From NCBI GenBank assembly GCA_963787835.1, contig CAWBEI010000002.1, positions 1,568,001 through 1,632,000 on the forward strand: a DNA stretch of 64,000 nucleotides, written 5' to 3'. The notes under the pieces are model-generated. The model saw nothing but the letters and a program-made list of their open reading frames with translations. It ran no database searches and was not told the DNA's origin. Positions 61,206 through 64,000 of the stretch are shown here, piece after piece (the first letter of the stretch is position 1; every line of letters starts with the position of its first letter). Position numbers and translations under genes: made by a program. This stretch comes from Ignavibacteriota bacterium. GTDB lineage: Bacteria > Bacteroidota > Ignavibacteria > Palsa-1295.

Positions 61206-62143
61206 TTCACGCCGGGATAGGTTAGCTCGGGGTAATCATTGATCGCGAGGCGGTCGAACAACGCTTTTGTTTTCGCGCGACCTTCGGGAGGGTTGATGTC
61301 GAAATAGTAGTATTCTTCCAGGTCGCCGCGATTCAATCCCATTTGCATGGTTCCCTGTGATTTGTGCTCGGCGATCTCCCAGTTTACGATTGTTTTATAG
61401 TTGAGTGCATGATGGAATCCGAAGCTTTGATTTAAGTCAAAAGAGTAAGCCGGCATCCCATCGGTGACTCGCGTGATGGGAAATCCTGCGAGTACCGTAA
61501 ACGGTGTCGGAGGTTTATCCTTCTCGGTGCCGCTGGCACACAGGACGATAGGATGCGCCACTCCTTTGGGTAGGTTCTGCACCGCAGTGAGCGCCAATAT
61601 TGTTGCGGCTTTATGATGTCCGTGCGTGGAATCGCTCGGCAAAAGCGTGAATACAAAATCGTAGTGTCCCGTAACTAAAATATGATTTAGTTCTGATTTT
61701 ACCTGCGGAATATTCCAATTGCTATCTAATACTTCGTGCGGATCGAGTGTGTAGCGGTTATCGCGCTGATTGAAAAAATAGATCTTATGAAGGCCGATGA
61801 TCTTGCCAGCGTTTACAAGCTCTTTGTGGCGAATTCCGGGCAGATATTTCCGTCCGACCTTCTCATCCGTCAGGTTCAGGTGATAATACTCATTGGCGAG
61901 CGTCGAATATTTATATCCCGCTTCGCCGTTCGTAATTACGACCAGATCGACCACGCCATGCAGATCATGTGTGATCTTATAGATGGCTGCTGCGTAAGCT
62001 GTTTCGTCATCGGGGTGGGCATCGACCACGAGCACATGTGGGCCAGGGGATGCTTTTGCAGGTGTATGGGCCTTCGAGCCAAGGGATAAGCCGAGCACAA
62101 GAAAGCCCGAGACAACGATCGAGATAAAATGGCGCTTCATCAT
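61202..62143 (-). CDS. exported PIG-L/LmbE family deacetylase
   Basis: Signal peptide; AHPDDE, TNGEAG, HGHH, HKSQ. Confidence 0.9.
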   Translation of the reverse strand: MMKRHFISIVVSGFLVLGLSLGSKAHTPAKASPGPHVLVVDAHPDDETAYAAAIYKITHDLHGVVDLVVITNGEAGYKYSTLANEYYHLNLTDEKVGRKYLPGIRHKELVNAGKIIGLHKIYFFNQRDNRYTLDPHEVLDSNWNIPQVKSELNHILVTGHYDFVFTLLPSDSTHGHHKAATILALTAVQNLPKGVAHPIVLCASGTEKDKPPTPFTVLAGFPITRVTDGMPAYSFDLNQSFGFHHALNYKTIVNWEIAEHKSQGTMQMGLNRGDLEEYYYFDINPPEGRAKTKALFDRLAINDYPELTYPGVK

Positions 62144-62295
62144 TTGGAATTTGTAATAATTTTGCTTGGTGGAACAATGAATATTAGATGAGGGGTTGCA
62201 ATTCTGGTCGATTGTTGTGGATTAAATCATTATTATTTCGCAACAGGGGCTGAACTTATCTTGCTTTCAGGGCATTTGCGTTAATGAATTCATGC

Positions 62296-62303
62296 TACCT
62301 TTG
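62296..62303 (+). promoter_or_regulatory. -7 promoter element for the RRM gene
   Basis: TACCTTTG with an upstream TTTG at 62275-62278. Confidence 0.5.
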
Positions 62304-62363
62304 GTTGTGTGTTTCGTGGATAAAAGAAGTTTCAGCATTTGGTTCGGTCAGTTTACGATCAGC

Positions 62364-62554
62364 GCACGCGTGAAGGGTCATGCGAAAAGCGCCGAGCGCA
62401 TCGCCCACGATGCTCGTTTGCCGTCTTTGAATCGTGTTGCGTTAATGGATGAGCGATCGGCTCACGAGCGATCGTCCAGCTTTGGTTCCCGTTTCAACAT
62501 CTCGAAGCGTAACGTTTCGTTTCCATTTCTTTTTGCATGAGCGATCATGCGTGT
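62364..62554 (+). promoter_or_regulatory. structured 5' leader of the RRM gene
   Basis: 62364-62373 pairs with 62545-62554 and 62378-62389 pairs with 62529-62540, enclosing hairpins. Confidence 0.6.
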
Positions 62555-62560
62555 TAACAC

Positions 62561-62935
62561 ATGAGGATATATGTAGGTGGGCTTCCGTATCAAACGGACG
62601 ATGCCCAACTGACCCAGATCTTTGCAGCCTATGGCGAAGTTGCCAGCGCAAAGGTTATTACAGATCGCGATTCCGGTCGCAGCAAAGGCTTCGGTTTCGT
62701 CGAAATGAACGACGATGCCGCAGCAAAAAAAGCTATTGACGAGCTGAACCAGGCCGAACTCGGCGGTCGAACGCTTACCGTCAACGAAGCGCGCCCAATG
62801 GAGCAGCGCGATAATCGTGGCGGCGGCGGTGGTCGTGGCGGCTACGGCGGCGGTGGTGGTCGCGGCGGCGGTGGTGGCCGTGGCGGAGACCGCGGCGGCG
62901 ATCGTGGTGGAGACCGCGGCGGGAAACGCTGGTAA
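62561..62935 (+). CDS. RRM RNA-binding protein with Gly/Arg-rich tail
   Basis: RNP2 IYVGGL, RNP1 KGFGFVEM, VNEARP, RGG tail. Confidence 0.97.
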   Translation: MRIYVGGLPYQTDDAQLTQIFAAYGEVASAKVITDRDSGRSKGFGFVEMNDDAAAKKAIDELNQAELGGRTLTVNEARPMEQRDNRGGGGGRGGYGGGGGRGGGGGRGGDRGGDRGGDRGGKRW

Positions 62936-62957
62936 AACTCCCAACGAATTGTTGAGC

Positions 62958-62993
62958 ACGAGTAACGAGTTTTTAACTCGTTACTCGTTGGCG
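62958..62993. repeat. palindromic repeat, left copy flanking the TA module
   Basis: acgagtaacgagtt-ttt-aactcgttactcgt-tggcg. Confidence 0.85.
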
Positions 62994-63038
62994 TTCGTGT
63001 AATATGAACTTCCCTGTAACAGGAGTCGTTGAACGTAC

Positions 63039-63299
63039 ATGACTTCAAGAGCCATCGAATTGACGGAAATTAAACGCGATCTCGCCAATCTCCCAGCCGA
63101 CAAACTTGCGGAGGTAAGAGAATATGTGCGAAAACTTTTACAAAAAAGCCGTCCCACTCCAAGCGATGTTGAATCGCTCGAAGGAATATGGGAAGGCCTG
63201 GGTTGGGAAAAAATTGATGATCTGGAAGGTGAGGTTCGCAAGATGAGGAAAGAAATGTCCGAAAATATTCTTAAAAAATTCGATACGTGGAATTCTTAG
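63039..63299 (+). CDS. putative antitoxin (DUF2281-like)
   Basis: LPADKLAEVREYV..L, SLEGIWEG; overlaps the PIN gene. Confidence 0.7.
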   Translation: MTSRAIELTEIKRDLANLPADKLAEVREYVRKLLQKSRPTPSDVESLEGIWEGLGWEKIDDLEGEVRKMRKEMSENILKKFDTWNS

Positions 63300-63676
63300 C
63301 CGATACGGTGACGATCGTTCGCCATTTCTCTCGAATTGGACGGATTGGCCAAAAGGCGAAGCTATTACTCCAATCGGCAGATCGAGGGGAGAATAAAATT
63401 GCGGTCTCCATCATGTCGGTAACGGAGATTCTGTATCTTTCCGAGAAGCAAAGAATTCCTCTGGACCTTGCACAATTTACCGAGAAAATGTTTGCGCTGA
63501 CAAACTATCGATTAGTTGACATTGATCTTGCGGTTATTCTGGAAGCACAAAACGTTCGTGGACTCGAATTGCATGACCGGATTATCGTTTCAACTGCCCG
63601 TGTGCTCGGTGTGCCGGTGCTGACACCTGACGAGGAGATCACCGATTCCGGTTTGGTGGAGATTATTTGGAAATGA
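63287..63676 (+). CDS. vapC: VapC/PIN toxin
   Basis: LADTV, ELHDRIIVSTA, LTPDEEI. Confidence 0.88.
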   Translation: MEFLADTVTIVRHFSRIGRIGQKAKLLLQSADRGENKIAVSIMSVTEILYLSEKQRIPLDLAQFTEKMFALTNYRLVDIDLAVILEAQNVRGLELHDRIIVSTARVLGVPVLTPDEEITDSGLVEIIWK

Positions 63677-63690
63677 TTTGCCGCGATGCA

Positions 63691-63723
63691 AGTAACGAGC
63701 TTTTAGCTCGTTACTCGTTGGCG
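63691..63723. repeat. palindromic repeat, right copy flanking the TA module
   Basis: agtaacgagct-ttt-agctcgttact-cgttggcg. Confidence 0.85.
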
Positions 63724-63785
63724 ATTGAGCTTTTTAGCTGTGCATCTTTCCTGTAAACTCTGGGTTTGTAAGTGAGAGTATTATT

Positions 63786-64000
63786 ATGAAAAGACTCTTT
63801 GTGCTTCTCCTTTTTCTCCTGGTGCCGCTTGCACCCATTGGTGCGCAAGGGTTGCATGGGAAGATTTTGGTCTTTCGTGATTCGACGAGTTTTTCTGCTG
63901 CCTATAATTTCCTGCATTTACTCCCGAGCATCTATTCTGGCGAAGTTGACTCAGAGTCCATATTGCCGAGCGATTTGGACGGTTATGATGCGGTCTTTCT
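63786..64000 (+). CDS. secreted protein (partial, runs off window)
   Basis: MKRLFVLLLFLLVPLAPIGAQG...; open to window end. Confidence 0.65.
   Translation, partial: MKRLFVLLLFLLVPLAPIGAQGLHGKILVFRDSTSFSAAYNFLHLLPSIYSGEVDSESILPSDLDGYDAVF

Noticed and set aside
62462-62959. Ala/Thr/Pro-rich antisense ORFs over the RRM gene
   Set aside because: Artefact of the GGC/GGT-rich RGG tail.
1-64000. tRNA, rRNA, integrase, transposase or prophage genes
   Set aside because: None recognised in the ORF track or in the intergenic regions read by eye.

Overview
Chromosomal window from an FCB-group bacterium, most plausibly Kapabacteria/Ignavibacteria-like. This is inferred from T9SS-type C-terminal domains, a C25/PorU-like giant protein, TAnnTTTG promoters and an RRM protein. 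Housekeeping and envelope genes: ECF sigma, nuoABCD, K+-independent H+-PPase, trxB, ispF, M3 peptidase, bamA, a TonB receptor/OprB-type porin pair, a CzcCBA-type efflux cluster followed by five membrane/outer-membrane genes, a pectin-monomer operon (kduD, IolB-like isomerase, eda, GH105), and three TldD/PmbA-family proteins that all carry export signals. Five toxin-antitoxin modules and several palindromic REP/MITE-like elements are interspersed. Most notable observations: (1) a 3.5-kb integrase-less islet (TPR-LuxR regulator plus Gly-rich secreted fibre-like protein) bounded by a duplicated, synonymously recoded 3' end of the TldE-like gene, with a candidate activator-dependent promoter; (2) a roughly 200-nt folded leader in front of the RRM gene; (3) an HTH plus histone-H1-like-tail protein; (4) covarying palindromes flanking a VapBC module. 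Several 1-bp frameshifts look like assembly errors. No rRNA, tRNA or CRISPR array was seen.
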